DNA of 64,000 bases, taken from NCBI GenBank assembly GCA_017464685.1, contig JAFTYO010000008.1, positions 53,820 to 117,819 of the forward strand. Direction: 5' to 3'. Below the pieces are notes generated by a model. That model made no database searches. It saw only the letters and a program-made list of their open reading frames with translations, and was not told where the DNA came from. This document shows positions 19,867 to 31,028 of this stretch, one piece after another. The DNA comes from Alphaproteobacteria bacterium. Lineage in GTDB: Bacteria; Pseudomonadota; Alphaproteobacteria; RF32; CAG-239. A program made the position numbers and the translations under genes. Within the stretch, counting starts at the first letter, position 1, and the number at the start of each line of letters is the position of its first letter.

Positions 19867-21417
19867 TTAAGCCACCTTTTCAAGGCTTAAAAACTTATCC
19901 CTAAAAGCCACAAAAAACTCTCTCAATTTTTTGTTTAGCTCATCTGAAATAACTTTCTTTTCTTTAATTTCGCTTAAATATTGCGGATAATTTACACGCA
20001 ATTCTTCAATGCTTTTTTGCTCAAATTCTTTGACACCATCAAGTGATATCTTATCTAAAAATCCGTTGACACCGGCAAAAATCGAAACAACTTCTTCTTC
20101 AACCGGCAACGGATGATATACGGGTTGTTTTAAGAGTTCTGTTAAACGAGCTCCTCTTTCAAGCAAATTTTTCGTTGATGCATCCAAATCTGACGAAAAT
20201 TGGGCAAAGGCTGCCATCTCACGATATTGCGCCAAATCAAGCTTCATACTTGATGACACTTGTTTCATCGCCTTAATTTGCGCAGATGAACCCACACGAC
20301 TTACCGAGATTCCAACATTTACCGCCGGCCTGACACCTTGATAAAACAAATTGGTCTCTAAGAAAATCTGACCATCCGTAATCGAAATTACATTGGTCGG
20401 AATATAGGCCGATACATCACCTGCTTGTGTTTCAATCACCGGCATTGCCGTTAGAGAACCGGAGCCTTGCTTATCACTAAGTTTGGCAGCTCTTTCCAAC
20501 AAACGAGAATGCAAATAAAACACATCTCCGGGGTATGCTTCACGACCCGGCGGACGCCTTAACAATAACGACATCTGGCGATATGCAGTTGCTTGTTTGG
20601 ATAAGTCATCATAAAAAATCACCGCATGCATACCGTTATCTCTAAAATATTCGCCCATAGCACAACCAGAATATGGTGCTATATATTGCAAAGGTGCAGA
20701 CTCCGAAGCAGTAGCGGCTACCACAATGGTATAATCAAGAGCACCATGGTCTTTTAAGGTTTTTACCACTTGGGCAACGGTTGAACGCTTTTGCCCGATA
20801 GCAACATATATACAATACAGTTTGTCTTTTTCTGACTTTGCCGCATCGTTTATATGTTTTTGATTAATGATGGTATCTAAGATGATGGCGGTTTTTCCGG
20901 TTTGCCGGTCACCGATAATCAGTTCTCTTTGCCCTCTGCCAATCGGGATAAGCGAGTCAATAATTTTAAGACCGGTCTGCACGGGTTCATGCACACTTTT
21001 CCTTTCAATAATTCCCGGAGCCTTAACTTCCGAATTGGAAAACTGTTTGGCTTTTATTGTTCCCAAACCGTCTATCGGCTCGCCAAGTGCATTTACCACG
21101 CGTCCCAAAAGTTCTTTACCCACAGGTACACTGACAATTTTATTTGTGCGCTTAACAATGTCTCCTTCTCTTATACTGTCGTCAGACCCGAATATAACCA
21201 CACCGACACTTTTTTCTTCCAAGTTAAGCGCCATACCCTTAACACCTGAGGCAAATTCAACCATTTCGTTTGCTTGCACATTGTCAAGACCGTAAACCTT
21301 GGCGATTCCGTCACCGACAGTGGTCACTCTGCCGACTTCACTTAAATCTGTTTGCAAACCGAACTCGGCGATTTTTTCTTTTAAGATAGATGAAATTTCA
21401 TCAGCTTGTACAGACAT
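19867..21417 (-). CDS. atpA: F1 ATP synthase alpha subunit
   Basis: 516 aa with GDRQTGKT Walker A. It is highly conserved throughout. Confidence 0.97.
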   Translation of the reverse strand: MSVQADEISSILKEKIAEFGLQTDLSEVGRVTTVGDGIAKVYGLDNVQANEMVEFASGVKGMALNLEEKSVGVVIFGSDDSIREGDIVKRTNKIVSVPVGKELLGRVVNALGEPIDGLGTIKAKQFSNSEVKAPGIIERKSVHEPVQTGLKIIDSLIPIGRGQRELIIGDRQTGKTAIILDTIINQKHINDAAKSEKDKLYCIYVAIGQKRSTVAQVVKTLKDHGALDYTIVVAATASESAPLQYIAPYSGCAMGEYFRDNGMHAVIFYDDLSKQATAYRQMSLLLRRPPGREAYPGDVFYLHSRLLERAAKLSDKQGSGSLTAMPVIETQAGDVSAYIPTNVISITDGQIFLETNLFYQGVRPAVNVGISVSRVGSSAQIKAMKQVSSSMKLDLAQYREMAAFAQFSSDLDASTKNLLERGARLTELLKQPVYHPLPVEEEVVSIFAGVNGFLDKISLDGVKEFEQKSIEELRVNYPQYLSEIKEKKVISDELNKKLREFFVAFRDKFLSLEKVA

Positions 21418-21968
21418 TATACATTACCTTTCATAACCTGTTCCAAACAATTAAGTTTGCCTTTAACACTATCATCAATGCGATTGGAACCGAACTCAAC
21501 CACAAGACCGCCCAAAATATCTTCATTGATATTATACCTAATCATTGTTTTTTGTTTTAACACCTTTTGTAAACCAAGCTCAAGTTTTTCTTGTTGCTTA
21601 TCCGTTAAAGGCTCTACACTGTGCACCAAAACTTCAACAATGCCCTGATTTTTATAATATAGCTTATAAAAAAACGAAAATATATCTTTTAATTCGGCAA
21701 AACGATTGTTTTCAACCAATATCAGTAAGCAGTTTTTAAGAGTTTTGGAAATCTTAAGTTTTTTTGCTATTTGCTCAATAATTTCTTGTTTTTGAAATTT
21801 TTTAAGTTCGGGATTATTAAGAATGTAAAGCTCTTTTATGTCGGGAAAAACCTTTTCTACACACATACAATCATTAAAAACGATTTCCAATGAATTATCG
21901 GTAATTGCCGCTTCATACAATGCGGTTGCATAATTTTCGGCAATTTGATATTTCGGTGTTTTTTTCAT
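21417..21968 (-). CDS. atpH: F1 ATP synthase delta (OSCP) subunit
   Basis: 183 aa. It occupies the first position of the atpHAGDC operon and has an OSCP-like C-terminus ([20 protein letters not shown]). Confidence 0.88.
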   Translation of the reverse strand: MKKTPKYQIAENYATALYEAAITDNSLEIVFNDCMCVEKVFPDIKELYILNNPELKKFQKQEIIEQIAKKLKISKTLKNCLLILVENNRFAELKDIFSFFYKLYYKNQGIVEVLVHSVEPLTDKQQEKLELGLQKVLKQKTMIRYNINEDILGGLVVEFGSNRIDDSVKGKLNCLEQVMKGNV

Positions 21969-21989
21969 TTTTTCTCCGCAATAATTAAG

Positions 21990-24170
21990 CTACATAAACG
22001 AATATGGGTCAATATCAACTTCAACTCTTACATTTGACGGCACATTTACCATTTTGAGCCATTTTTTCAGTACCTCTTGTATATTTATAGTCTTTAATGT
22101 TTTTAAAAGCAAGCGGTATCTGTATTTTCCTCTTAACATATAGATAGGAGCAGGTGCCGGACCAAGCACATTTACCCCTTCCGTACGAGGAGCATTTTTT
22201 ATCAGTCTTGATGAAACTTTTTGCGCCGCATCTTCATTATTTGATGAAACAATCAAGGCGGCCAATTTTCCGAACGGCGGCAAATTAAGGGCTTTTCTCG
22301 ATTTCTTTTCAAGCTCCGAAAAGCCTTCTCGATTTTTCTCAATCAGCGCTTGTAAAACCGCATTTTCGGGATATAATGTTTGTAAATATACCGTTCCTTT
22401 TTTATCGCCTCTGCCGGCACGACCGGAAACTTGAGACAACAACTGGTATGTCTGTTCCGAAGCTCTTAAATCTGTTCCCATAAGACCTAAATCAGCATCG
22501 ACAATACCCACCAAAGTCAACAACGGAAAGTGATGCCCTTTGGCCAAAATTTGTGTTCCGATTAAGATATCAATTTCTTTGTTTTGCATTTTGCCGATTA
22601 CATTTGAAACTTCCATAAACGAAGATGTAATATCACTTGATATAATCTCAACCCTGGCACCCTCAAAACGGGCTTTTACTTCTTCGGCAATACGCTCAAC
22701 TCCGGGGCCGCAAGCTGTTAAACCTTCTGTTGAATGACAATCGGGGCACTCTTTTGGTGTAGGCATACTATATCCGCAATGATGACAAATCAGATTTACC
22801 GTTTTACGATGTTCTGTAAGCCAAGCGGTACAATTCGGGCAAGCAATTCGATGTCCGCAATCTCGGCAAATCAAAAGGGGAGCATACCCTCGGCGATTTA
22901 AAAACAGCATTGATTGCTCACCTTTTTCCAAATTTTGTTTTAAGGCCATAACCAATGTCGGTGAAAGCCAAGAAGTTCCCATACTTGATTTTTGCGGTTT
23001 GTCTTTTTTTAAATCAACAATTTTTATTTCCGGCAATTGGGCATTTGCATATCGGCTGACAAGCTTTACACAATCATATTTTTTGGCTTCAACATTGACA
23101 ACAGTTTCCAAATCGGGGGTTGCCGTAGATAAAATAATTGGTATATTTTCAAGCTTTGCTCTGACAATTGCCATATCTCTTGCCTGATAATTTACCATAT
23201 CTTCTTGCTTAAAAGAATGATCATGGCTTTCATCAACCACTATCAAGCCCAAATCGGCAAACGGCAAAAACAACGCACTTCGAGCTCCAACCACAACCTT
23301 TGCCCGATTTTCAATTACCGCTTGCCAAGTTTGCGTACGTTCATTTATACTCAAACCCGAATGCCAATTGGCCGGTTTTACCCCAAATCGTTTTTCATAT
23401 CTGTCGAGCCATTGCGTAGTTAAGGCAATTTCGGGCACCAAAATCAGCACTTGTTTATTTTGTTTTAAGGTTTTTATGGCGGCTTCAAAATATACTTCCG
23501 TTTTGCCCGACCCCGTAACTCCGTCAAGCAAAGTTACATTAAACCCTTTATCACATTTTGCGCATAAATAATCAGCCGCATTTTGTTGTTCGGGGGTTAA
23601 GGTTATACCCTGAATGTCAAATTTTGGAACATAAAATTGTTTTGTTTTGGGCACACCAAAAGGCTCTATAATGTTTGTTTCTATCAACTTATTAATAACA
23701 CTTGAGCTGACCCCTGCTCCCTTTACAATTTCCGATTTTGAATATGGCGCATGTTTTAACAAATCTATCACATGCCATCTGGCATCAGAATTTTTCAATT
23801 TGGCTTGAGCCAAGGTTTTGCCCGTAAGTTTATACAAAACATCAAACTTGGCACTTTCAAACGCCCCTTTAGCGCTTAAAACCATTTTTAACACCAATCC
23901 CAAACTTGCCAGATTATATTTTGCCACCCATTCCACAAATTGCAAAAGTTCTTTTTTTAAGGGCGGCAAAGCCAACCTTTCAATTATGCTTTTAATTTTT
24001 TTATCTTCTAATACACTTGATTTACCGATTTTGTAAACAACACCCACTTGTGTATTTTTTAAAAACGGCACACGAACAATTTGCCCCAAAGACACATCTT
24101 CATCGGTTTTATAATCAAAAACATCATTGAACGGAAGGGGCAATAACACCCCGACAAATTTAGTCATCAT
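21990..24170 (-). CDS. priA: Primosomal protein N' (replication restart helicase PriA)
   Basis: 726 aa with GVTGSGKTEVY Walker A, a DESH box, and a Cys-rich zinc-binding insert (CRDCGH..CPNC ... CHHCGY ... CPDC). Confidence 0.95.
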   Translation of the reverse strand: MMTKFVGVLLPLPFNDVFDYKTDEDVSLGQIVRVPFLKNTQVGVVYKIGKSSVLEDKKIKSIIERLALPPLKKELLQFVEWVAKYNLASLGLVLKMVLSAKGAFESAKFDVLYKLTGKTLAQAKLKNSDARWHVIDLLKHAPYSKSEIVKGAGVSSSVINKLIETNIIEPFGVPKTKQFYVPKFDIQGITLTPEQQNAADYLCAKCDKGFNVTLLDGVTGSGKTEVYFEAAIKTLKQNKQVLILVPEIALTTQWLDRYEKRFGVKPANWHSGLSINERTQTWQAVIENRAKVVVGARSALFLPFADLGLIVVDESHDHSFKQEDMVNYQARDMAIVRAKLENIPIILSTATPDLETVVNVEAKKYDCVKLVSRYANAQLPEIKIVDLKKDKPQKSSMGTSWLSPTLVMALKQNLEKGEQSMLFLNRRGYAPLLICRDCGHRIACPNCTAWLTEHRKTVNLICHHCGYSMPTPKECPDCHSTEGLTACGPGVERIAEEVKARFEGARVEIISSDITSSFMEVSNVIGKMQNKEIDILIGTQILAKGHHFPLLTLVGIVDADLGLMGTDLRASEQTYQLLSQVSGRAGRGDKKGTVYLQTLYPENAVLQALIEKNREGFSELEKKSRKALNLPPFGKLAALIVSSNNEDAAQKVSSRLIKNAPRTEGVNVLGPAPAPIYMLRGKYRYRLLLKTLKTINIQEVLKKWLKMVNVPSNVRVEVDIDPYSFM

Positions 24171-24262
24171 TTTACCTCATTTAAGACCTGATTTTAAATA
24201 TTTTACCCTAAAAATCCATTAATAAAGCAACTTTTTTAACACATTTTCAAAAGATACACAGC

Positions 24263-24288
24263 AAAAAGCCGCCTAAATGGCGGCTTTT
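24263..24288. terminator. Bidirectional-looking rho-independent terminator
   Basis: AAAAA-GCCGCC-TAAAT-GGCGGC-TTTT. It lies just past the stop of the 24305-25096 gene. Confidence 0.7.
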
Positions 24289-24304
24289 AATGAATATCAT
24301 TTAA

Positions 24305-25096
24305 TTATAACGCATATTTACATGGTACCTCAGTATCAAGTATTATGTATTCAATTTTGTTATAACCTGCATCTAAAACGTTAATCCTAATATTGTTAAT
24401 TTCAATGATACGACTGTTCAATGGGAACATAAATTGATCAGACATAGCCATATCCCCTAAAATATTGTATGTAAACACCATATTGTCAGCTTTTATACCA
24501 TCATAAATGAGCTCATAACCATCGGTAGCCTCAGAAACTTCCGTTCTTGTACTAACTGACGGGAGCATAAACACATCATCGGGTTCTACCACAAAATTTA
24601 TATCTAAAATAGCAATCCTGTTACCAATCATACGACCTATTCTTGGAAATATCTCACCATCGTCATTAACAAGAATAATATCCTTGTCCTTATCTTTACG
24701 AACAAGCATATATCTTGTTCCATCAATATTTACCTCACCAAAAGCCTTATACTCAGCATTTTTGTTGAGTCTTACGGGAGAAAATGTAGAACTCATAATT
24801 GCATTTTTATTTACTTTCACATTTTCAACACTGTAAAAATCTGTACGATATGTTTTGCTCGAGACCATTATACCATCAGTCTTTGCAGCTAAAACAACGT
24901 TTTTTTCAATTTTTTCCTCTGTAATCACCTTACTTTCAGATAAAAATTCTTCCCCTGTGGTACGGTCATAATTGAACACTTCTTGTGTCTGCCATACCTT
25001 AAACGGTATATTGCGACTTGATAAAATATCACCTGCGTCCGAAAACGAACAAGCGCCGAGCATTAAAAAAGATAAAGCAACTGTAAATTTTTTCAT
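24305..25096 (-). CDS. Lipoprotein of unknown function
   Basis: 263 aa with a signal peptide and lipobox (FLMLGAC). I recognise no family. Confidence 0.6.
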   Translation of the reverse strand: MKKFTVALSFLMLGACSFSDAGDILSSRNIPFKVWQTQEVFNYDRTTGEEFLSESKVITEEKIEKNVVLAAKTDGIMVSSKTYRTDFYSVENVKVNKNAIMSSTFSPVRLNKNAEYKAFGEVNIDGTRYMLVRKDKDKDIILVNDDGEIFPRIGRMIGNRIAILDINFVVEPDDVFMLPSVSTRTEVSEATDGYELIYDGIKADNMVFTYNILGDMAMSDQFMFPLNSRIIEINNIRINVLDAGYNKIEYIILDTEVPCKYAL

Positions 25097-25186
25097 AACA
25101 TTAATCTCTTTGTTGATGTTTAAACATTTTTATGTATAAACTATAAAACATATTTAGTAAACAAAAAGATAACAAACGGAAAAAAT

Positions 25187-26065
25187 ATGAACAATAATTT
25201 ATCAAGTTGTACAATTATCACTTTTGAACCTTTGGAAACAATTTCGGAAGATTTAGTATTTTTTTTAGATGAATATTTTGATGTTACCGCCTGCAATTAT
25301 ACCGATGACGGCAAAGAAGAATATGTCGGATACGCAGGGCTTGATTTTGATGATGCTGATTTTGTTGCATCAGATAAAATTTCAAATGTGATTTTACCGA
25401 CATATAAAATTGAAGTCTTAAAAAATAAAAATTGGCTGACCGAAAATGTCATAAAATTTGACCCTATCGAAACCGATGATTTCCTTATCTACGGTATCCA
25501 CGAAAAACAAGTACCAATTACCAACAAACCGGCTATAAAAATTTATGCCGCCACCGCTTTCGGTTCGGGGCATCAAACTACAAAATCATGTTTAAATGCC
25601 ATAAGTGATTTGAACAAACAAAATGCAAACCATAAGCATATTTTGGATATGGGAACAGGTTCAGGTATACTAGCTCTTGCCTGTGCAAAAATTTGGGGTG
25701 ATGATAATCTTTGTGTTACGGCAGTTGATATTGATGATGAATCGGTAAGAGTTACTACTCAAAATGCATTTGATAATAATCTGGAGCAATTTTTAAATGT
25801 GGCTCAAAGTGACGGATATAACAGTAAAATTGTGCAACAAAACGCACCTTATGATATTATATTATCAAACATTTTGGCCAGACCTTTAATTGAAATGGCG
25901 CCGTTATTATATAAGCACTTAAAAACCGGCGGATATTGCGTGTTATCCGGATTTATTGATGAACAGGTAGATTGGGTGATTGATGCGCATAAACAACAAG
26001 GATTAAGTGTTGTGAAAATATATAATATTGACAATTGGTATGCGGTTTTAATGGAGAAAAAATAA
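25187..26065 (+). CDS. prmA: Ribosomal protein L11 methyltransferase
   Basis: 292 aa with AFGSGHQTT and the SAM-binding motif ILDMGTGSGILA. Confidence 0.88.
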   Translation: MNNNLSSCTIITFEPLETISEDLVFFLDEYFDVTACNYTDDGKEEYVGYAGLDFDDADFVASDKISNVILPTYKIEVLKNKNWLTENVIKFDPIETDDFLIYGIHEKQVPITNKPAIKIYAATAFGSGHQTTKSCLNAISDLNKQNANHKHILDMGTGSGILALACAKIWGDDNLCVTAVDIDDESVRVTTQNAFDNNLEQFLNVAQSDGYNSKIVQQNAPYDIILSNILARPLIEMAPLLYKHLKTGGYCVLSGFIDEQVDWVIDAHKQQGLSVVKIYNIDNWYAVLMEKK

Positions 26066-27738
26066 TGACTTTAGCGACTTTTCAGCAACAACTTAAAAGT
26101 GAAAATATACAAGCTTTTTTGGTAACCAGAAATAATATGTACATAAAACAAGATATTAAAGATGAAGAAAATATGCTTTTACATTTAAGCGGTTTTTCCG
26201 GTTCAGATGGTTATATGTTGGTTACACCTCATAAGGCTTGGCTTTTTGTTGACAGCAGATATTATATTCAGGCTCGTTTGGAAACCGCAACAAACACCAT
26301 TGAAGTTGTTGATGTTAAGTCTTTTTTTCCGGAAATTATCGGTTTATTAAAAGAACAAAACATACAAAATCTTACTTGCAACCCTTGGTGTATAAGTATT
26401 TCTGATTGGAATTTGCTTAAAAAAGCCCAAATAAATATGATCGCAAACGAAACTTTGCTTGCAAACAAAGTATGTCCTTGTGATGATATTTTTGAGCATG
26501 TTTTAGAATTTGCCGGAAAACCTGCCCAAGAAAAATGCTCGGAAATTGCAAAACTTTCTCTTGAAAATTTTGATGCCATGCTCATAACCTCAGCCGATAT
26601 TGTGTCTTGGCTCGCCAATTTACGAGCTAAAGATTTAGAATTTACTCCGGTTTTGCGAGCTTATGCCGTTTTATCCAAAAACGGCGAATTAAAAATATTT
26701 TCCGATAATTGCCGATATAAAGACATTATGCCTTTATCAGAGTTGTATGCGGAACTGAAAAAATATGCCGATAAAAAAATAGCAGTCGACCACAAAACCA
26801 CCCCGCAAAAAATGTTAGACTATATTTGTGACACAACTTTAGTTGTTAATATGTTAAACCCTATATATTTATTTAAGCTCAATAAAAATGCGGTTGAACT
26901 TAACGGATTTAAAAATGCTCATATCCGAGACGGAGTGTCTATGGTGAAGTTTTTATATTGGCTTGAAAATAATTATCAGAATAAAACCGAAACAGATATT
27001 GTTGACAAGTTAAAATCTTTTCGCAAACAAAACGATATGTATTTTTCGGACAGTTTTGCAACCATTGCCGCCAGTGCAAAAAATGCGGCCATTGTGCATT
27101 ATCACCCCGATACAAGAAACAGTGTGACTTTACAAGAAAATTCGGTTTTATTGTTGGATAGCGGTGCGCAATATTTTGACGGCACAACTGATGTTACCAG
27201 AACAATTGCCATCGGCAACCCTTCAGATGAAATCAAAAATGCATTTACTCAAGTTTTAAAAGCGCATATCAAATTATCATCTTTAATTTTTCCGAACAAC
27301 ATTCAAGCTGTAGCATTAGATGCAATTTGTCGCTCAGAATTGTGGCGTTATTATAAAAATTACGGACACGGAACAGGTCACAGTGTGGGACATTTTTCAA
27401 ACGTTCACGAATATCCTTTCGGTTTAAGCCCGAACAATTTCAGAACTGTTCAAGAAAATTATGTTACATCAATTGAGCCCGGGTATTATCAAGAAAACAA
27501 ATACGGAATCCGAATTGAAAATATGGTTTATGTTGAAAAAACCGATAATGATGATTTTTTACAATTTAAAAACCTAACCTTAGTGCCTATTGATAAGCGT
27601 TTAATTAATGTTTATCTGTTAGACAACGAGGAGCGAAACTGGCTAAACAATTATCATAAAGAGGTTATAAATTGTTTAGCTCCACATTTGGATAGCAAAG
27701 AAAATATATGGTTGAAAGGTGTTTGCTCCCCGTTATAA
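26065..27738 (+). CDS. pepP: Xaa-Pro aminopeptidase (M24B, long form)
   Basis: The track ORF starts at 26035. I prefer the ATG at 26065 (MTLATFQQQL), which forms a TAATG overlap with the prmA stop. M24B motifs are present: DSGAQY.DGTTDVTRT, HGTGHSVG, EPGYY and GIRIEN. Confidence 0.85.
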   Translation: MTLATFQQQLKSENIQAFLVTRNNMYIKQDIKDEENMLLHLSGFSGSDGYMLVTPHKAWLFVDSRYYIQARLETATNTIEVVDVKSFFPEIIGLLKEQNIQNLTCNPWCISISDWNLLKKAQINMIANETLLANKVCPCDDIFEHVLEFAGKPAQEKCSEIAKLSLENFDAMLITSADIVSWLANLRAKDLEFTPVLRAYAVLSKNGELKIFSDNCRYKDIMPLSELYAELKKYADKKIAVDHKTTPQKMLDYICDTTLVVNMLNPIYLFKLNKNAVELNGFKNAHIRDGVSMVKFLYWLENNYQNKTETDIVDKLKSFRKQNDMYFSDSFATIAASAKNAAIVHYHPDTRNSVTLQENSVLLLDSGAQYFDGTTDVTRTIAIGNPSDEIKNAFTQVLKAHIKLSSLIFPNNIQAVALDAICRSELWRYYKNYGHGTGHSVGHFSNVHEYPFGLSPNNFRTVQENYVTSIEPGYYQENKYGIRIENMVYVEKTDNDDFLQFKNLTLVPIDKRLINVYLLDNEERNWLNNYHKEVINCLAPHLDSKENIWLKGVCSPL

Positions 27739-27758
27739 TTTTTTAAGGGAGAAACACT

Positions 27759-28220
27759 TTGAAAATATGGTTTTATATTGCCTTATTTTTTATGGCAACG
27801 GTTAGTTCTTTGTCGGCAAATCCTGTTTTTAACAGCGGTAACTACCCGATTGATGAACCTTTGCAAGAATATTTTGCTGCAGAAGATGAAAACTATAACA
27901 AATCTATAATCTATATCTTTTTTAACAATACTCAAGATTGTTATGATTGCCCGCAAGCAGTCGAACTTACCGAACAAGTTTATAATGAATATTATTCTGA
28001 TACATACTCAATGTTTGTTATTAATTATCAGGAAGATAACGAATATGATTTTGCGTCGGCTTATAATTTAACATCACCGCTTGCCATTGTATTGGTAAAA
28101 ATTCAAGATGGTCAGGCTCTGGGATATCAAAAAATCAGTAATCCGCAAAATATGCTCTCATTGGGGCAAGATTATATCCTTTATTTAAGACAACAAATTG
28201 ATAACTATTTAGGAACATAA
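27759..28220 (+). CDS. Secreted protein of unknown function
   Basis: 153 aa with a TTG start preceded by AGGGAGA, a signal peptide (SSLSA-NP), and one CxxC (CYDC). Confidence 0.5.
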   Translation: MKIWFYIALFFMATVSSLSANPVFNSGNYPIDEPLQEYFAAEDENYNKSIIYIFFNNTQDCYDCPQAVELTEQVYNEYYSDTYSMFVINYQEDNEYDFASAYNLTSPLAIVLVKIQDGQALGYQKISNPQNMLSLGQDYILYLRQQIDNYLGT

Positions 28221-28282
28221 GCATACAAAAAAACTCCCTTGATAAACAAGAGAGCCTTTTGTTACTTTGGATTAACAGTAAA

Positions 28283-29512
28283 TTAGAATTTATATTGAGC
28301 CTGAACACCAATTAAATTAGAATAGCTCTTAAAGTGTGCTTTTACATCACCTTCATATTGAGAAGTTCCGTTTTTCATAAACAAGTGAGCATAACCTGCG
28401 TCAAATTGCCAATTTTCGGTTTTGTAACTTGCACCTAAAGAAACCCATGTGCGGTTGCTATCAGGAATTCTGATTGTGCGGTGATATTTGTTACGAACAG
28501 GAGATTGGTCATACGCAACACCGGCACGCAATGTCCAGTTTTCATTCAAGTAATAATCCGCACCGAAAGAAATGGTCCATGTTTCGCGCCATTTTTCATC
28601 AACGGTTTTTTTGCCGCCGTAAGGAGCTAAAATTTTAGCATCAGGAGATATCAAACTAAATTCTTGGAAACTGTCTTTCCAGTCCGTCCAACGAACAGAA
28701 GCTGCTAAGCCCCATTTATCGTTTAATTTATGAAAGCCTGAAACCAATAAACTTGCCGGCAAATCCGGAGATGCTTCACCATTGGTTAAAGTTTCGTCAT
28801 ACATTGACATAAGGGTACTGTTAACTTTATGGTCACCTTTCACCGTTTGCATACTTTTACCCTTAAAGCTTACACCGATTCTGGTATTTGGTGTAAATTC
28901 GTACATTGCGCCAATGCTCCAAGCTGCTGTCCAACCATCAAGGTCAAAATCACTATATCCACCTAGAGGAGCAGGAAGAGTATTTGTCATTCTGCCGTGA
29001 ATGTAGCGAGCAATAACAGATGCACCAAGTGATAATTTGTCGGTAACTCTATATGCAACGGCAGAAGCCAAGTCAATAACCTCAAGTTCGGAACGAACGC
29101 CTGCATCGGCAACAAAGCTTTGTTTGCTGTAACGAGTTCTTAAACCGAACGGAGCATAAATACCAAAACCTGCCGTTAAGCGGTCATTTACTTTATATTG
29201 ACCGAATGCATGAGGAAGTGCAACACCGATATTCATTTTGTTTTTTGCGTATTCGCCATTTTGCTGTCCTCTGACTTTAGCATTAAGATGAGCAACACTT
29301 AATCCGCCTTGAACACCTGAGGTTTGGTTTAATACCATACCGGCAGGGTTATATGCCAATGCCGAATAGTCATCGCCTACAACACCGGCACCGGCAAAAG
29401 CACGGCCAAGGCCTGTCATGGAATATTCATTAAGTTGATATCCGGCAGCAAAACCCTGTGATGATGCCAAACATATGGCTGAAACAGCCGCTAACATATA
29501 AAGTTTTTTCAT
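28283..29512 (-). CDS. fadL: FadL/OmpP1/TodX-family outer-membrane hydrophobic-compound transporter
   Basis: 409 aa with a signal peptide, the N-terminal hatch motif AAGYQLNEYSMTGLGRAFAG, a beta-strand pattern, and a C-terminal aromatic end (..YKF). Confidence 0.85.
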   Translation of the reverse strand: MKKLYMLAAVSAICLASSQGFAAGYQLNEYSMTGLGRAFAGAGVVGDDYSALAYNPAGMVLNQTSGVQGGLSVAHLNAKVRGQQNGEYAKNKMNIGVALPHAFGQYKVNDRLTAGFGIYAPFGLRTRYSKQSFVADAGVRSELEVIDLASAVAYRVTDKLSLGASVIARYIHGRMTNTLPAPLGGYSDFDLDGWTAAWSIGAMYEFTPNTRIGVSFKGKSMQTVKGDHKVNSTLMSMYDETLTNGEASPDLPASLLVSGFHKLNDKWGLAASVRWTDWKDSFQEFSLISPDAKILAPYGGKKTVDEKWRETWTISFGADYYLNENWTLRAGVAYDQSPVRNKYHRTIRIPDSNRTWVSLGASYKTENWQFDAGYAHLFMKNGTSQYEGDVKAHFKSYSNLIGVQAQYKF

Positions 29513-29670
29513 ATAAAAAGTCCTTATAAAAAAGTTGTTATTGTAAAAACATAAAAATCTTCTTGCTAAAGAGTATAAAAATGTTGTAGGAATGTAAAGT
29601 GAGCACTTTTGAGTGCGATAGTTTCATCAAAGAAACTAATATTGGATTATATTGCTTTTGGAGAAAACAC

Positions 29671-30021
29671 ATGTCTGAATATATGCCCGAAAAACTGGCT
29701 GAAATGACATTAAAGATGATAGGTGATCGTTGGAAAGTTCTGATTATTCAAAACTTAATGGATGGAACTAAACGATTCGGCGAGCTCAAAAAAGAGCTTG
29801 GCGACATCACTCAAAAAGTTTTGACTTCCAATTTGCGTCTTTTGGAAGAAAAAGGAATTTTAATTAGAAAAGTTTATGCTCAAATTCCTCCTCGTGTTGA
29901 CTACACTTTAACGCAACTCGGTTATGAACTTAAGCCTGTGATTGATTCGATGATTGAGTGGGCTGAAGAATATCGTCGTAGCATGGCAAAAATGCTCAAC
30001 ATCGAACTTATAGAAGAATAA
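29671..30021 (+). CDS. HxlR-family winged-helix transcriptional regulator
   Basis: The track ORF starts at 29599. I prefer the ATG at 29671 (MSEYMPEK...), preceded by GGAG. Signature: GDRWKVLII..L..GTKRFGELKK....ITQKVLTSNLR.LEE.G...R.VY...PPRV.Y.LT. Confidence 0.82.
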   Translation: MSEYMPEKLAEMTLKMIGDRWKVLIIQNLMDGTKRFGELKKELGDITQKVLTSNLRLLEEKGILIRKVYAQIPPRVDYTLTQLGYELKPVIDSMIEWAEEYRRSMAKMLNIELIEE

Positions 30022-30044
30022 GATATAAAAATATATTACTTGTT

Positions 30045-31013
30045 TTAAGTGACTTCAGTAATTGCACGCAAGTTACCATCACGATTAATTTGTACAACCC
30101 TCAATTTATGGTGCATTTCTTCAATGGTTTTTGCTCTGTCAATAGTAGGATATGTATGCAAAATACGATCGGTAAAAGCCTGATAGGCGGCTTCTGAACT
30201 TTCGGCGTGAATGGTTGCTAAGCAGTTATCATGACCAGATCCCATCAGTTCCCATAAAGCTCCTGCGTTTGATGTTGAAATCTCACCACCGATAATAGCA
30301 TCCGGAGTAAAACGAACAACCAAGTCAATAATTTTCGAATAGTCCATATTATTTGTTTGTTCAGTACGAGATAAAACCAAATGCACTCTATTTGGATGCG
30401 GAACTAAAAGTTCTCTTGTATCTTCAATAGTCAATACTCTTTTATGAATATCCAAAATTTTCAATAAGTTATTTAAAAATGTAGTCTTACCGGTTGCGGT
30501 TGCCCCGCTAACCAAAATATGATCACCGCGTTTAATACTTAAAAGTAATCTTTCATACGGATCTTCAGGATCTTTAATATCCTTTAAAGGATTAATCTTG
30601 TGCAAAGATTTACCTTGTACCAATCCATATGCATCAAGTCCGAATGCAACTTCATCACTATGAATACGAATCGTTAATGCAACACCTCCGGTTAAATCAT
30701 CATTATCGTACATCACATTTCTGCCGGCAATTGCCGAAAAACGATGATCCCCGGGAATTGTCGCATAAACAACCGGCGATCCTTGTATCGGATCAAAGGG
30801 AAGCTCATAAGTGTTGGCTATAATATATAACAAATCTGTCAAATACTCTTTTGAAAGCTTTTCATCCTTATACATTACCCATGGAAAAGCTCTTTTACCG
30901 CGAAGTCTTAACCATATCTGTCCTGCTTTATTAATTGCAACTTCTTCTATATTTTCTTGGTTGTACCAATATGACAGCGGCCTTAATACCGATTCCAATA
31001 CTGTAAAACTCAT
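30045..31013 (-). CDS. virB11: Type IV secretion ATPase VirB11
   Basis: 322 aa with Walker A SGATATGKTTF, an Asp box (TIEDTREL), and a His box (GSGHDNCLATIHA). It is the last gene of the operon. Confidence 0.92.
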   Translation of the reverse strand: MSFTVLESVLRPLSYWYNQENIEEVAINKAGQIWLRLRGKRAFPWVMYKDEKLSKEYLTDLLYIIANTYELPFDPIQGSPVVYATIPGDHRFSAIAGRNVMYDNDDLTGGVALTIRIHSDEVAFGLDAYGLVQGKSLHKINPLKDIKDPEDPYERLLLSIKRGDHILVSGATATGKTTFLNNLLKILDIHKRVLTIEDTRELLVPHPNRVHLVLSRTEQTNNMDYSKIIDLVVRFTPDAIIGGEISTSNAGALWELMGSGHDNCLATIHAESSEAAYQAFTDRILHTYPTIDRAKTIEEMHHKLRVVQINRDGNLRAITEVT

Positions 31014-31028
31014 TTGTTACTCCCCCAG

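Noticed and set aside
20867-21295. Plus-strand ORFs inside atpA (20867-21295, 20902-21249). Similar internal or antisense ORFs occur in lpxB (2131-2556), atpD (18481-18752), priA and the giant repeat genes (34843-35316, 37951-38295)
   Set aside because: All overlap highly conserved or strongly supported genes on the other strand or in another frame. None has an RBS or a recognisable domain.
29603-29636. Small inverted repeats (GCACTtttgAGTGC and GTTTCatcaaaGAAAC) upstream of hxlR as an operator
   Set aside because: They have only 5-bp arms in very AT-rich DNA, which is easily expected by chance. They also lie inside the alternative upstream reading frame. This is not strong enough to call a regulatory site.
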